A DNA stretch of 64,000 bases from the human T2T-CHM13v2.0 reference genome, Homo sapiens: NCBI RefSeq assembly GCF_009914755.1, contig NC_060926.1; one strand, written 5' to 3'. The number at the start of each line of letters is the position of its first letter. Position 1 is the stretch's first letter. Of this stretch, positions 28,544 through 45,003 are shown in pieces. The notes under the pieces are model-generated. The model saw nothing but the letters and a program-made list of their open reading frames with translations, was not told where the DNA came from and did no database searches. Position numbers and translations under genes: made by a program.

Positions 28544-28784
28544 GACTCTATGTCAGAAACAGTATCTGCCTGGTGCACAGTAGGTCTTCAATGGTAAGTA
28601 GCCAAATAGATGGTTTTGCAGTGTCATTGAGGGTTTCCTATGTTGATGAATGGTTACTGAAAATTTCTAAGATCACTACTAAAAATTGATATTACCTCTA
28701 AGGTCATTAATAAGAAAGGATATTGAAATAATGGATCCTTTTCTATAACATGCACAAACATGCTTTGTAAAACCACACACCTGT

Positions 28785-28985
28785 GCTGTCTGGCAGAACT
28801 TTCTGTAATGATGGAAAATCTCTTCTGTTCTGTTCAGTATAGTAGCCATCAGCCACATGTAACTTCCTAGCATGTAAAATGTGGCTCATATGACTGAAGA
28901 ACTGGATTTTGAATGTCATTAGATTTAAATTTAAATACCATGTATAGCAAGTGGTTCCCACGTCAGTGCAACCATGGAACACTTA
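28785..28985. mobile_element. MER3-like hAT element
   Basis: agaactttctgtaatgatggaaa...tagccatcagccacatgt. Confidence 0.6.
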
Positions 28986-29549
28986 GACACCCACTGCCAG
29001 CACCAAACCATGTGAGCCTCATACCCAGCACCTTGTGGTGGGACATCTCTCTTAGTTAAAGGTCTGTCTTTTTTGCCTAAAGACAAAGTAGTAGAAAAGG
29101 ATATGAGTGGCTGCAGAGCAAACGGTGGCTGAATTTTATACCCCTGCCACCACTTTGCCACCCCTGCTGCTTCTATGAAATGGAAGCAGTTTATTCAACC
29201 AGAGGCCAATGTGCCTTTGAAACTTATCTCTATGGTGGCTCCTCTGTAGGATTTTACAAGGGTCTGTTTGTTTTGCTTTTATCTCAAGGTAACACATTTT
29301 AAACACATTTGAGTAGCAGGGTCTTAACTGCAAATGGAGCTTGGCCGAGAGAATAATAAAAACAGTTTAAGGAAATATTTCTTGGAAGCTGCTGAAAAGG
29401 TATCTGTACAACTCCTGTTCTCTAGAGAAGCTTGCAGGCATGGGGGTCAGTGAGTGGACATCGATTTGTGGGAAGGCTAAGGACAAAGGCTATGGAGAAT
29501 TTTTCACCCCAAGTTAAATTCATTTCTGCCAATTAAGGCAGATGTTTCG

Positions 29550-29845
29550 GGCCAGGTGTTGTGACTCATGCCTGTAATCCCAGCATTTTGGGAGGCTCAG
29601 GTGGGAGAATCACTTGAAAATAGGAGTTCAAGACCTGCCCGGGCAACATAGTGAGACCCTGTCTCTACAAAAAAAGTAAAAATATGGTTTGGTGTGGTGG
29701 TGCGCACCTGTAATCCCAGCTACTCAGAGGCTGAGGTGGGAAGATCACTTGAGCCCAAGAGTTTGAGGCTGCAGTGAGCTATGATCGTGCCACTGCATTC
29801 CAACCTGGGCAACAAAGAAAGACTCTGTCTCCAAAAAAAAAAACA
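29550..29845 (+). mobile_element. AluJ
   Basis: Dimer; TSD cagatgtttc. Confidence 0.92.
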
Positions 29846-30254
29846 AAACCAAAACCCCCCCCCAAACCAGATGTTTCCAAATGCTCGATTTCATTTGGAA
29901 ACACAAACTTAGTCTTGAAAACTGTTATGATTTTTTGAGGTACCACAAATGGCACCTCAAATATATATAAATATATTCAAAAATATTTGTAATGAGCTTA
30001 AGGAAAGTGGGTTCACCTAGTTTGAATAACAGGTTTGATGAGTCAGCCTGCCTGTTGACCTCGGGTGGTGCCTGTCGCAGCGAGACGGATCCTGGAAAGG
30101 GCCTGTCTGCTTGGCGGCATCAGCTGTAGATGGCATCGCTACACTGACTAATGTTTTCTGAAGACGAGCTTTTATTTATTTCCCAAAGAGAAACATTTCC
30201 AGAGGGAGCATTCTTTTCCCTTTTTTTTTGTTTTTGAAGTACTGAGTTGAAGTG

Positions 30255-30800
30255 GTTTTTTTTAAATTTTATTTTAAGTTCTGGGATACATGTGCGGATG
30301 TGCATGTTTGCTACGTAGGTAAACGTGTGCCATGGTGGTTTGCGGCACAGATCAACCCATCACCTAGGTGTTAATCCCCACATGCATTAGCTATTTGTCC
30401 TGATGCTCCTCCTCCCCCCACCCCCGACAGGCCGGAGTATGTGATGTTCCCCTTCCTGCGTCCGTGTGTTCTCATCGTTCAGCTCCCACTTATGAGTGAG
30501 AACATGTGGTGTTTGGTTTTCTCTTCCTGCGTTAGTTTGCTGAGGATAATGGCTTCCAGATCTACCCAGGTTCCTGCAAAGGACATGATCTCATTCCTTT
30601 TTATGGCTGCATAGTATTCCATGGTCTATATGTACCACATTTTCTTTATCCAGTCTATCATTGATGGGCATTTGGGTTGATTCCGTGTCTTTGCTATTGT
30701 GAATAGTGCTGCAATGAACATATGCGTGCATGTATCTTTATAGTAGAACTATTTATATTCCTTTGGGTATATACCCAGTAATGGGATTGCTGGGTCAAAT
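30255..30800 (-). mobile_element. L1PA 3' end, 5'-truncated
   Basis: ttttaagttctgggatacatgtgc...gggattgctgggtcaaat; TSD ttgaagtg. Confidence 0.92.
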
Positions 30801-32717
30801 TGAAGTGTTTTACTAAGTTGAATGTGAGCTTCAGTGGGGTGGGGCTACACAGAGTGAAGTGTGGAGGCTGCTGGTACCTTGAGAAAGGGTATAAATGCTT
30901 TTCTCTTTCTTTTGATCTCTTTCTCTGTTGAATTTACAGCCTCTGGTATATGCATGTAAGATGGAATGCTCTGTGTAGGTTATCGGAGGCACACCAAAGG
31001 AAAAGATGAAAGACTGTATGCACAAAAGGCCAGCCTGCACCTCCCGTGCCCTCTGCTTCCCAGCGAAGCCGATCAATACAGATGGAGTGGGTCATGCCCC
31101 ACGTTACCAGGACCCCTGGCTTCTCCCACCACAGGGGGGTGGCTGGGAGGGAACATTACATTATTGACTTAGGCAAAATGCCTGAGCGCTCTGTACCGGG
31201 GCATAGTGAGCTTGCTGGAGCTGATGGGGAAAAAGTTAAGCTGTTTCCAGAGAACCGCTGGTGTATCCAGTGTTTTGTAGTGACTTAGCGTATCACACAG
31301 TCGGCAAGCCTCTGCTGTGTGCCCGTGACTGGCCCAGCACTGCGTGATTTTGCGTGGAGCAGAGGACAATGATGAAGGGGTGTGTGCAGGGGGAGCCCGT
31401 GGACTTGGTGAGACCCACAGGCCAAAGCCAGGCTGCTTAGTCTGTAACCCGCCCACGCTGCAGCCTCAGCATCTACACCCTTCGACACACAGCCTCCCTG
31501 TGTGGAGTGTGCATGTAATCAGGAGAGGCAGATAATAAATATATATGCCCAGCCAGGCTTGTGCTGTGGCACAGCAAACAGGGCAGCGCGCAGTCAGCAT
31601 CACCCAGCCTTGATGAGCACGCCGCGATGCTGCTACGAGCTCTGTGAAGACGCGATTTTAATTCCAGCCAGTCGGTAGGTTGTGTGTCTGTGTGGCGGTT
31701 TAGCACCGTTTCAAATTCTGCATTGCATGGTGGGGGCGACGGTGGTGGGTGAGCTCTGCGTCGTAATCTTTTCGGAGCTCTTCCAGCACAGTCCAGTCAA
31801 ATCCTCTTTGACGACAGGCCTGTTCCACACCTGTGCTGCTCAGCAGGGAGGCCGCAGGTGCCTAGGGAGCACACAAAATGTGGTCAGAACAAAGGAGGAA
31901 CTGGATTTTGAGTTTTATATAATTTCAAGTAACTGAAAAGTTTAAATGTGTTAAATACCTAGGTGTGGCCACTGGCTTCCAGATTGGACAATATGGGTCC
32001 CAGCAAAGGCACCATCAGCTCCTGTGGTTCCCTGGATCATTGGCCTCCCTGCCTGCACCCATGGTCTCCCCTGCCTGGTTGTCTGTCCTTCCCTATACCA
32101 CCCAGCCTGGCATCCACCCCTAAAGGGAGGTTCCTGAGCCCGCAGAGCTCACTGAGCGTGTGTCTTCAGTCCCCCGCTGCACCTCGAGGGGGCCTCTGTC
32201 ACGGCATTCCCTGGGATGGTCACCACCTCGTCTGTCCCCTCCACTGCACCACGAGCCGCTGAAGAGCAAGTGCATGCTCAGCCCCGGGCATGGCGTCTGT
32301 GCATCTGGGAGCTCTGCACACGGGTCTGAATGAATGAGCACAGAACCAGGTGGAGTTTGTTTAACCAACACTTCCGTGACACTCATCGAGCTCCAGCGCT
32401 CTTCCAGGGGCTTTCCGCTATCAGTCACATTTGGATACATCGCGGTTGGCCATATGGTTCACTTTGCAGCTGCGGGCTGTGACAACTTACTTGATCTGTC
32501 AAAGACGCGTTCCTTTTCACTTGTAGCATGTGAATGATACCAAAATCACAGGTTGTTCTGACGATCGAAATGAGATAAACTGTATGAACAGCGCACGACA
32601 TTCCTGTGAACTCACAGTAAATGTTAGGGGGTTCACTAAGGACACACTGGTGAATGGAACAAAACTTACTGCCAGTGTGGAGTGCGCATCTAATCCGGAA
32701 AGGCAGATAATAAATAA

Positions 32718-33010
<293 letters not shown>

Positions 33011-33487
33011 ACGATAATAAATATTACAGAGAAGCAGTGACATGTATGCTCATATTATTTGGGAACAAAGATGGGCCCGGATAAGGGGTGTTGGGATGCC
33101 TGGGGGCCGTGGGGGCTGACCTGTAAATAGGAGATCAGGGCAGTGTTGCTGAGGAGGTGATTGTCAGGCAAAAGCTTGGAGGGAGGCAAAGAGCAAACAC
33201 ACAGCTGTGTGGGGAAGAGCATTCCTGGCAAAGGGAACCACCTTTGCCAAGTTGCAGAGGCAGGACAGAAGGGAAAGGGCCCTAAGTGAGGGAGGTGCTT
33301 GTGGCCAAGGTGAGGAGAGCAGCTTTCATTCTGAGTGAACAGGGAATGACTTTTGTTTCTGAAAGCTTGCTCTGGGGCTGGGCTAAGGACGGCTTGTAGA
33401 CAGGCAGGGACACATGTGTTGGGGATATTTCATTACCCAGGAGGGAGACGGTGCTGGTGTCTCTCCTCTCCCTCTCTGCCTCTGTGA

Positions 33488-33823
<336 letters not shown>

Positions 33824-33995
33824 TGACTTTGATTGTGAAAAGTTTCAAACATACCCCAGGTGGGTAAAAATATCAGATGGTCCCTGAATATTCCCACTGT
33901 CCAGCAGTAACAATGGTCACCAGCACACGCCCATCTCGCTTCACCTTTGCCCTCATACACTTCCTTCCTTCTCAGACAGTTTAGAAGATAATTCC

Positions 33996-34986
<991 letters not shown>

Positions 34987-36041
34987 TCAGCACAAAAGAA
35001 CCAGCGAATCAGGATGTCGGGAGCGCCTTCCAGCCCGCAGGTGTGACCAAATCACCCTGGAGGGGCTGTTCCCATTCGTGCTCCTGACCACAGACTATGG
35101 AAGTGCCTGTTTGCTTTAAGAAAGTGTCCGTTTCATAGACAAAATGGTATTTTAGAATTAATTATATTCCTGTAATTTCAAGGAAGAGCTGACTTCTCAT
35201 ATCCATGGACTGTTTGTATTCCTTCTTTTGTGAATGAACATAATTCTTAGTGAGGTGTTTTTGTGTAGTTTTTCTCTTTCACCATGAGGGGTAGAGAAAA
35301 GGGCTAGGAACAGACGCCACCTCTTGGCTTAGGGGCGGGGAGGCTCTGGGGTCAGGCCAGACTCTCCCTTCCTCCCTCACGGTCTCTTTCCATTTCTCCA
35401 AGTCTCTGCTTTCTCAACCTCAACATGAGGGTGCTGGGGAGTTGGGCTAAGTCCCGTGTTAGGACCCGCCATGGCCGCATGGCCCCGAATCTCCCTCGCT
35501 GGCCCCGTCTCTGTGGCTCAGTCTCTGCTGGCTCCAGAGCGTGGCCTGGCCTGCGCGTCAGTGGACGTCTGTTCCCGTGTGGGGGTGTTCTTGTGGGCGG
35601 GTGGGCTCTGCTGTTTCCCACGTCTAGCCAGGGCCTGCCACCCAGGGTCTCAATACATGTGTTTTGAATGGCTTCAAAGACTATTAAAAGCAAGTTATTA
35701 TTTTCAAAATTAAAATAATCTCTCTCTTTTAAACAATAAAATAAAATTTTGCATTTTGTGGCGATAGGGTTTGTATAGCTAGTGATATTTTATTTTTAAA
35801 TACTTTAGAAGGAAGCCATGTTCTAATTCCTTCCCCGTTTCAGCGTGTTTAAGCAAAGTCTCTTTTTAGTTCAACCTCATTGAGCAGAGGGCACCTGTCA
35901 GGTACAGTTGACAGTACATCCAGTTCTGTCACTGCCTGACTTTTGAAAGTCTCAAATCTTAGCGTCAGGAGCCTAGACGGGGCCTCACTCACTCCCGCAG
36001 CCCCCAAGGTTGACCGAGCTGCCCTCTCCCTTCCAGGAAGC

Positions 36042-36131
36042 ATGGCTGATGCTCCGAAGGAGGGAAGACTGACCCGGTTTCTGGACTTCACCCAGCTGAT
36101 GGACATGGCATCTGAATCCGTAGGAGGAAAA
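36042..36131 (+). CDS. ALLC: ALLC first coding exon (exon starts 36037): [30 protein letters not shown]
   Basis: cttccAG acceptor, ATG in strong context (agcATGG), GTAAGT donor at 36132. Confidence 0.93.
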
Positions 36132-36361
36132 GTAAGTGGGTCTCTCATGGCCAAACAAGGGTTGAAGGCATCCGTGCTAAGGGCACAACTCACCAGTGCA
36201 GAGAACCTCATGCAAGAATCAACAAGAATCAGGCTGAAGTGTTGGCCTGCCCAAGGAAACCCGTTAGCGAGAAAGACTTCCAAAGAATTTATCTTAAATT
36301 GGTGACAATTCTCAGCAAGGACAATACTGCCTTAGGTTTTGTGTGTTTCACTAGAGGACAG

Positions 36362-37317
36362 ACTGTGGTCCTCTGCTCTAGATAGGCAGGCGGTCCTCTA
36401 GCTCTAGTTAGATCTGAGGTCCTCTAGCTGGAGTTAAATCGGAGGTCCTCTGGCTCTGGTTAGATAGGAGGTCCTCTGGCTCTGGTTAGATAGGAGGTCC
36501 TCTGGCTCTGGTTAGATGGGAGGTCCTCTGGCTCTAGTTAGATGGGAGGTCCTCTGGCTCTGGTTAGATGGGAGGTCCCCTGGCTCTATTTAGATCCGAG
36601 GTCCTCTGGCTCTATTTAGATCCGAGGTCCTCTGGCTCTAGTTAGACCTGTGGTCCTCTGGCTCTGGTTAGATGGGAGGTCCTCTGGCTCTGGTTAGATC
36701 GGAGGTCCTCTGGCTCTGGTTAGATGGGAGGTCCTCTGGCTCTGGTTAGATGGGAGGTCCTCTGGCTCTGGTTAGATTGGAAGTCCTCTGGCTCTGGTTA
36801 GATGGGAGGTCCTCTGGCTCTGGTTAGATGGGAGGTCCTCTGGCTCTGGTTAGATGGGAGGTCCTCTGGCTCTATTTAGATCCGAGGTCCTCTGGCTCTA
36901 TTTAGATCCGAGGTCCTCTGGCTCTATTTAGATCCGAGGTCCTCTGGCTCTAGTTAGACCTGTGGTCCTCTGGCTCTGGTTAGATGGGAGGTCCTCTGGC
37001 TCTGGTTAGATGGGAGGTCCTCTGGCTCTAGTTAGATCGGAGGTCCTCTGGCTCTGGTTAGATGGGAGGTCCTCTGGGTCTGGTTAGATAGGAGGTCCTC
37101 TGGTTCTGGTTAGATAGGAGGTCCTCTGGCTCTGGTTAGATGGGAGGTCCTCTGGCTCTGGTTAGATGGGAGGTCCTCTGGCTCTGGTTAGATCGGAAGT
37201 CCTCTGGCTCTGGTTAGATCGGAAGTCCTCTGGCTCTGGTTAGATAGGAGGTCCTCTGGCTCTGGTTAGATCGGAGGTCCTCTGGCTGTAGTTAGACCTG
37301 TGGTCCTCTGGCTCTAG
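36362..37317. repeat. Minisatellite, 26-bp unit (ggtcctctggctctggttagatggga) x~36
   Basis: Read directly; 230 bp downstream of the ALLC first coding exon. Confidence 0.97.
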
Positions 37318-38573
37318 TGTGTAATGAGGGTCACCTGGAGAACTCATTAAACATAATGTGCAGAGGCGCTGGGGTGCAGGCTGTGCTCAGAAGCAGTGTG
37401 TCTGGTACAGAAAGAGAAGACCCTGTGCCTGCCCCCAGGAAGCTACACTCTAGCAGGGAGACAGATGTAAGTCCAGACCAGCCCTGTGACTGGCACAATG
37501 CCAGGGTGCTGGGGGAGCACATGGACTCCAGCCATGGGTAGCCTGGGGGAATTGGGGTGGGAGGGGTGGGGACGGGCCAGCTGAGTGCTGCTGGAGGCAG
37601 CTTGCTGGAGAGCAGCTGGCGGGCAGGGATGAGGTGCAGGGTGGTTCTGGCAGAGGTGTCTGCGAGGAGAGCAAGGGAGCCCACATGCTCCAGGTGGCTC
37701 AGTGTTTCAAGAACACGCTGCGCGTTTGTGAGAAGAGTTGGGAGCACGAGTCTGGAGAGGTAGGAGAGGCCCCATGTGCCCTGTGAAGCCTTCTGCTGAG
37801 GAGCCACAGAGAGATCTGGAGCAAGGGGGATCCTGATATGTCCACCTACCTGCCATTTGAACCCTGGAACAGGTCAACCTCAGCACATCAGGTCTTCCCT
37901 CTGCTCTGCCACTCAAACAGCCAGCAGCTCTGAAACAGCTCGTCCTTCCTGCCTTTCGAACTCCTGGGCTGGAGTCAGAGCCTGGGGCAGGGTGCCCTCC
38001 AGGCTGCAGTGACCACAGAGTCCTGGCTTGGGTGGAGTGACCACAGCCTGTTTTGCTCAGGAAAATCTGATTTACCTTGTATTCTGGATGTACAATTAGT
38101 ATCATTGACCTCACTCTCAAAATGATCCTGCTTTGGTGGATGAATGACCAGGACAGCCCACCTGCAGGGTGACCTATGGCGGCCCTTGTGGGTGAACACA
38201 GAGGCCCCAACCGCATACGTAACCCAGAGCTTTTTTGGTCATTGCTCGGTTTGTAAAAGTAGCACGAAACCTCTGGTTCATGAAAAAAAGAAAGTTGGTT
38301 TATTTGCTTCTTGAGTGTAAGATGTTAGTGCTCTTACCTCCAGATGGTAAAGGAGAATCGGAAAAAAGGGTGGGAAGAGAAGAAGAAGGAGGAGGCAGAC
38401 AATGAAATGGAAGCATTTCAAGGCATCATGGCTTAACTGCAGATTCTGTCGCTTCCCCTAGGTGATTTCACGTTTTCTTTTTACTTCATCTCATAATGTT
38501 TCACTAGGGAATGAAATAAAATGGTATCAGATTTATGGTTACTTTATCTTTCTTTCTTTCTTTCTTTGTCTAG

Positions 38574-38624
38574 ATTTTATTTGCAACAGATGACTTTTTT
38601 GCTCCTGCAGAAAACCTCATAAAG
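38574..38624 (+). CDS. ALLC: ALLC exon 3: ILFATDDFFAPAENLIK
   Basis: (CTTT)n-tAG acceptor, GTattg donor; allantoicase D-x-F-F-A-x-A-x-N-L motif. Confidence 0.96.
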
Positions 38625-39608
38625 GTATTGTAAATTGGCATTCTGCAATGTAAAGGGTTGATGTAGAGAAATCTATGCCGCCTTGTTATTAAAATCTCCC
38701 TGTATATTTGGGATGGAGTCATGTGATGTACACTGGCAAATTAGCATATTAGAATGTTAGAAAGACATGCAAATCAGCATGAACTCATGCCAAAACATAG
38801 CAGAGACAGGGATCTGAGCAAGTAATTTGGGACTGCATTGTTTCCTGGGGAAAATTCTGAGGTCCTCAAATACTGCACTTCTGGGTAAGGTGAATTTCAT
38901 CATTTGTGTTGGGAAGAAAATGGATCTATGTCTTGAATTTTCTGGGAAATGTTTTACCTGCCTAATTATAAAAGTGCAGGACAGCTTATTAAAAAAATAG
39001 AGAAAATGCTGACGAACATAGGGAAGAAATGGCGGCCCTGCTGGCGTCCTGCTCCTCCGTCATACCCAGTGTGGAGATGCGAACTCTTGTGCGTGGAGAG
39101 ACAAACACAGGTGCACATTGAGCTAATGCCCACGTACAGCATTCATGACTGGCCTCCATTGTGGGCAGCGGCCATCTGGTTACCCTGGTGAAATGGTTGC
39201 TCTCTGTCTGGGCAGGACCTGGCTGGGTCCAGAGCAAGCTGAAGTATGGCCCTGAGAAGGCACCTTACAGTGTTAACTTACCTATTCCCCAGGAGAAAGT
39301 GAAAATAAAATGAGAAAGGGCAACATGAATTAACTTTTTCTAGGTCACACAGTTACTAAATGCCAAAGCTCTTACCATTTTACCACAGGTCCGGTCTTTG
39401 AAGCACTGAAATGCATGTCTACCTTGACCTAGTTGTTCCACAGATTTACATCGTTTGCACAAGTGGGCAAAAAAATAGGTAGAAAACATTCATTCTGGTA
39501 TTGTTTGGAGAGGAGATAACCAACCTAAGTGTTCATTGATTGATAGGGAACTAAAGAAATTATAGCTCTTCCAGATATGGACTATTATGTGGCTACTAGA
39601 ATGAGGTA

Positions 39609-39915
<307 letters not shown>

Positions 39916-40080
39916 TCACTGGCAACAAGAGAAATCCATGTATATTTTATGAGTGTAAAACAGAGTTTGAAGGCGCACACATCAAACAGTGAGATGTGAT
40001 TATCTGTGAAGAGAGAGGTGGGCTTGGAAATGGGGTGGGAGAGAGGGTAGGGCACTATTTCTTAGATTTTATACTTGAGC

Positions 40081-40111
<31 letters not shown>

Positions 40112-40299
40112 TATAAACACTTACACACTACATATGTGTATATATAGTCACGCTATAACATCACACGAGACACATATATTTCTCCTTTTTGAAAAAAATA
40201 ACATTACAGATAAATGTAAAGTTCACCGTTCACCTCCAACTTGAGTGCCAGTCCACGCCCTCCCTTTCCACCATTCACACTGTTGTAGGATGGGAAAAT

Positions 40300-40660
40300 A
40301 CTTTAGGCTGTTGGGGCTGCTGAAGCAAAATACTGCAGATGGGTGGTGGCTTAAACACAGTGATTTCTTGAAATTCTGGGGGCTGGAAGTCTGAGACCGA
40401 GCCTGAGACAGTAGCAGCTCCAGCATCTGGTGAGGGCCCTCTTGGGATGGCCACCTGCCGGTGATACCCTCAGGTGACAGAGAAGAGAGGGGAAGCAGGC
40501 CATCTCCTGCCTCCTCCCACATGGGCACTCATCCCATCATGGGGGCTCCACCCTTGTGACCTAATCACCTCCCAAAGTCCTCATCTCCGAATACCATCAC
40601 TCTGGGGATTAGGTTTCAACATACAAATTTTGGTGGGGGACAAACATTCAGTCTGTTGCA
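40300..40660. mobile_element. MLT1A-like MaLR LTR
   Basis: gacctaatcacctcccaaag...ggattaggtttcaacatacaaattttggtgggggacaaacattcag. Confidence 0.75.
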
Positions 40661-40777
40661 GAGAATTCTTCTAATGTATTTTATACACTTAAATACACAT
40701 ATATTCGTAAATATATAAGATATTTTGTATTCTAAATTTATATACATATTTTCACAAAGCACTTAGCATTCTGCACA

Positions 40778-41045
40778 CTTTTTTTGGTGGGGGTGGGGCA
40801 GGATCTCGCTGTGATCAGGCTGTCAGGCTGGGGTGCAGTGGCACGGTCATGGCTCACTGCAGCCTCGACTTCCTGGGCACAAGCGATCCTCCTGCCTCAC
40901 TGGGACTACAGGCATACTCCACTGTGCCCAGCGAATTTTTAAATTTTTTGTAGAGATGAGGTCTCTAGCTCCTGGGCTCAAGCAGTCCTCCTGCCTCGGC
41001 CTCCCAAATGGCTGGGATTACAGGCGTGAGCCACCGTGCCCGGCC
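40778..41045 (-). mobile_element. AluJ (internally deleted)
   Basis: Alu reverse-complement motifs. Confidence 0.85.
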
Positions 41046-41218
41046 CTAAACCTGCTTTTCTCACTGCGTGTTTGTGAATGCCATTGGTGCTGATGTGTGT
41101 AGACCCAGGCCACCCTCTTAGCTGCCGAATAATAACTGTCCATGTCATCGTGGTCCATTTTATGGCCCCCTTTCCTTGTTGATGCACATTTAGGTTGATG
41201 ACATTTTGCACGTATTGA

Positions 41219-41586
<368 letters not shown>

Positions 41587-42966
41587 AGTTTTTCTCTTTT
41601 TTTAAGGAACACACATTTTTAAGGAACATCACATGGCATGAGCCAGTTTTACAACAGGGCTGTTTTCCTGCCACTGGTTCAGTAGCGTGTGTCCCCAGCT
41701 TCCCTCACACCGTTCAGTGTCAGTCCAATCACAACAGCAGCAGTAGCAGCAACACACCTGAAACAATCAACCTACCCCCAAAACTAAACACCAAAAAGTT
41801 TGGGGCCTTGGAGGTCTGGGGTTTAAGTGGGAGGTGTACCTCCTTCTCTCCTTCTGGGTTCAGAGCAGAGTTTTGCAATTCCTGATGAGTAATGGAAAGG
41901 CTGGAGTGTGTGCTGTCTTTAAGATGTGATTTGATTGTAATAACATTCAAAATACCATCAACTTTCATGTATAATGCTAAATACTGGGCACTTACTATGT
42001 GCCAGGCACATTTAAGGTTGACAACAGCCGGAGGCGGTCAATAGCACGATGGCTGTTTGCCTTTGACAGAGGAGGAGCACTGAGGCACAGGAAGGTGGGT
42101 ACCGTTGGCCACGGGTCCCCTGCCTGGGAGGCTGGGCAGGTTGTCACACCAGGGAGTCTGGCGGGATCCCTGGTTGGCGTCTCATGCATCAGCTTCCATC
42201 AGAGCATCCCTGCCGCCCTGGGTCCTGCTACCCCTAGTCCCTTCCTCTGCTCCTGCCTGGGGAGATTCCCTAAGCAGTAACGTAAGATCCTCCTTGCACG
42301 ACTTGATGGAAACAGGGAAAGTATCCCCATGCTGGGCCAGCATAACGATTTCTGAGCATCCACGCTATTTGAGGGTCTTTCATGTCGGCTATTCCAACTT
42401 CATGACACTCCTGCGAGGATGCGTGTATCCTCCTCATTCTGGAAGATGAAGAAGTGTGCTCAGCTGTCTAAGGAGGCTGTGTGGGGCATCAGAGACCATG
42501 CATTTCCTCAGGGGGTTGCAGAGTGTGCTGTGTGGTTTCACCTGGACCCTGAGCGTCCAGCCTACTCTTCCTATGACTTTGGATGAATTCCTGATTGAAT
42601 AGTCTACCTGGCCTGCTTGGAAATCTGACCAGCCTCTCTCACTTTAATACCCATGTAGGTTGCTGTTGGGAATTGCATTTGTGCGGCCCACAGAGTGCCT
42701 GGTGATGTGGTTGTACCTGCTGCTATCAGTGGTCAATTCTGTGTGCTGAGGCCCACAAAGAAGTCACATTTCTTTCTCTGAAGATGATAAAAGCGGAGGC
42801 ATCTCTCAATCTGGAAGGGGCTAGCTGGGCATGAAGGTGGTGGCAGAGGCTCCCCTAGACCCCGGTTTGCACCGTTCCTCTGGCACTGTGGGACAGAAGT
42901 GGACTTGCTGGAAGCCAGGAGATCACATGAATGTTAATGATCACCTTGTTGTGGTCTTTGCCCTAG

Positions 42967-43101
<135 letters not shown>

Positions 43102-44336
43102 TAAAAACGCAGGCTGTGGCAAAGCCAGTGTCCGTTTTGGGTCAGCTTTAACATGGGGCCCTGGAATGCTCTGTAATCTTGGATGTCCTTATCTGAACAT
43201 CAGGCTCTAAGTCAGGAAGGGGCAGCGTGAGCCCGGGTCACTGACGTCCCACCAGGCACAAAGGGTGAGAAGCACGTTGTCGGGAAAATGAAAACCCTGG
43301 TGAGGTCTGCGGATGGAAAAAAGAGTGGATTCTCACTGAGCAATGTGGCAGGCATTAGGCAGCGTGCATCTTCTGGGTCCTTACTACAGTCCTCTGGAGT
43401 AGGTCTCTTTATCCCCGTTTAACCGCCATGGAAACAGATTCCTGGACTCAGCCCAGGGCACACTGCTAGCAAGATAAGCTGGGGACTGGGCCAGGGTCTG
43501 TCCTCAACACTGTACCCGCTGTCTTTTACGATTTTATGCAATTTTTATTCATTGCTATTACTCAGTCTCAATCAAAATATACCTTCTGAAGTTGAAGAAA
43601 AGCAAACAAATCCAGGCATTAGGTTGATAATTGGATTTTTACTTGCCACTATCTCAAGTATTACAGAAATATTTGATATTTCTAGTTTTCTAACTTTCTA
43701 CAGTACTTGAAGCAGTATTAGTTTCTAACAAATCTGGACATTTTAAGGTGAGTTAATATCTGGCAGTAAATAACCAAGAACTCAATAGTGGCAGACTTGA
43801 CTTCAAGACTCTGAAGGCTTTGGTAGATGCAGGCAGGTGTCTGACCAGTGGTGGGGCTGGAGGCTGGAGGGTGCTGTGTCAGTTCCTGAGCTTGAGAGGA
43901 CAATGAACACAGTGTCTGCAGGAGAACCAGCTCTGCTTACTACCTGCTGAGCTTGGTGAGGTGCTTTCTACATCGCACACTCAGTCTAAGCTTTATGGAA
44001 GCTAACGGCATCCCTAATTTACAGTTGAGAAAATGAGATTCTCTACTGTAAGAGGTAAATAATTTGCCAAGGACAGTCATAGGAAATGATCCATTTGGAA
44101 CCAGAATCAGGTCTTCCTGGATCCCAGCCTGTGCATTTTCTCTTCTGGCTAGAACTGAGGATTTTCGTTGGGGAATGGTGGTCACATGTGGCCAGGTTAT
44201 GAGAGATCCTACAGTCATATTAGCTAAGAACCGCCCTGAACAGTTTTTTCTGTGATGGACGGAATGGCCCCTGCTGTGGGTCAGGTGCATGTGGGGTGCA
44301 CTGCCTCGCATGCAGCATCTGCTGTGTTGGCCCTAA

Positions 44337-44627
<291 letters not shown>

Positions 44628-45003
44628 TAACGGGGCTGTAGGACCAGGACTCCTAGTAGAGCGCTCTGTGGTTTTTGATTTGTGGCTTAATAGTGTTAAC
44701 AGCCAGATATAGATTTTATCATTCCCACGGTCCTTCAGCTTCACGCAGAGGCAGGCCATCATCCCTGGAACGTGGGTGAGCAGGTTGCTGGTGGGCGGGA
44801 GGGAGTGGTTTGTGCCTCAGATGACCCGGGTGATGTGGACCCAGGTCTGGGACAGCTGTGGGGTGAGCAGCACCAGCCCTGCTTTGGGCTGTCCCAGTGT
44901 GTGTGATGGGGGAGCTGCTATGGCATTTTAGGCAAGGGTTCCTATCTGCATCTTGGAATGCTGGACCTATGAATCCTGCAGGCTCTATAAATGAGACGTA
45001 TTC

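Noticed and set aside
35849-36283. 144-aa antisense ORF over ALLC exon 2
   Set aside because: No recognisable homology or transcript signals
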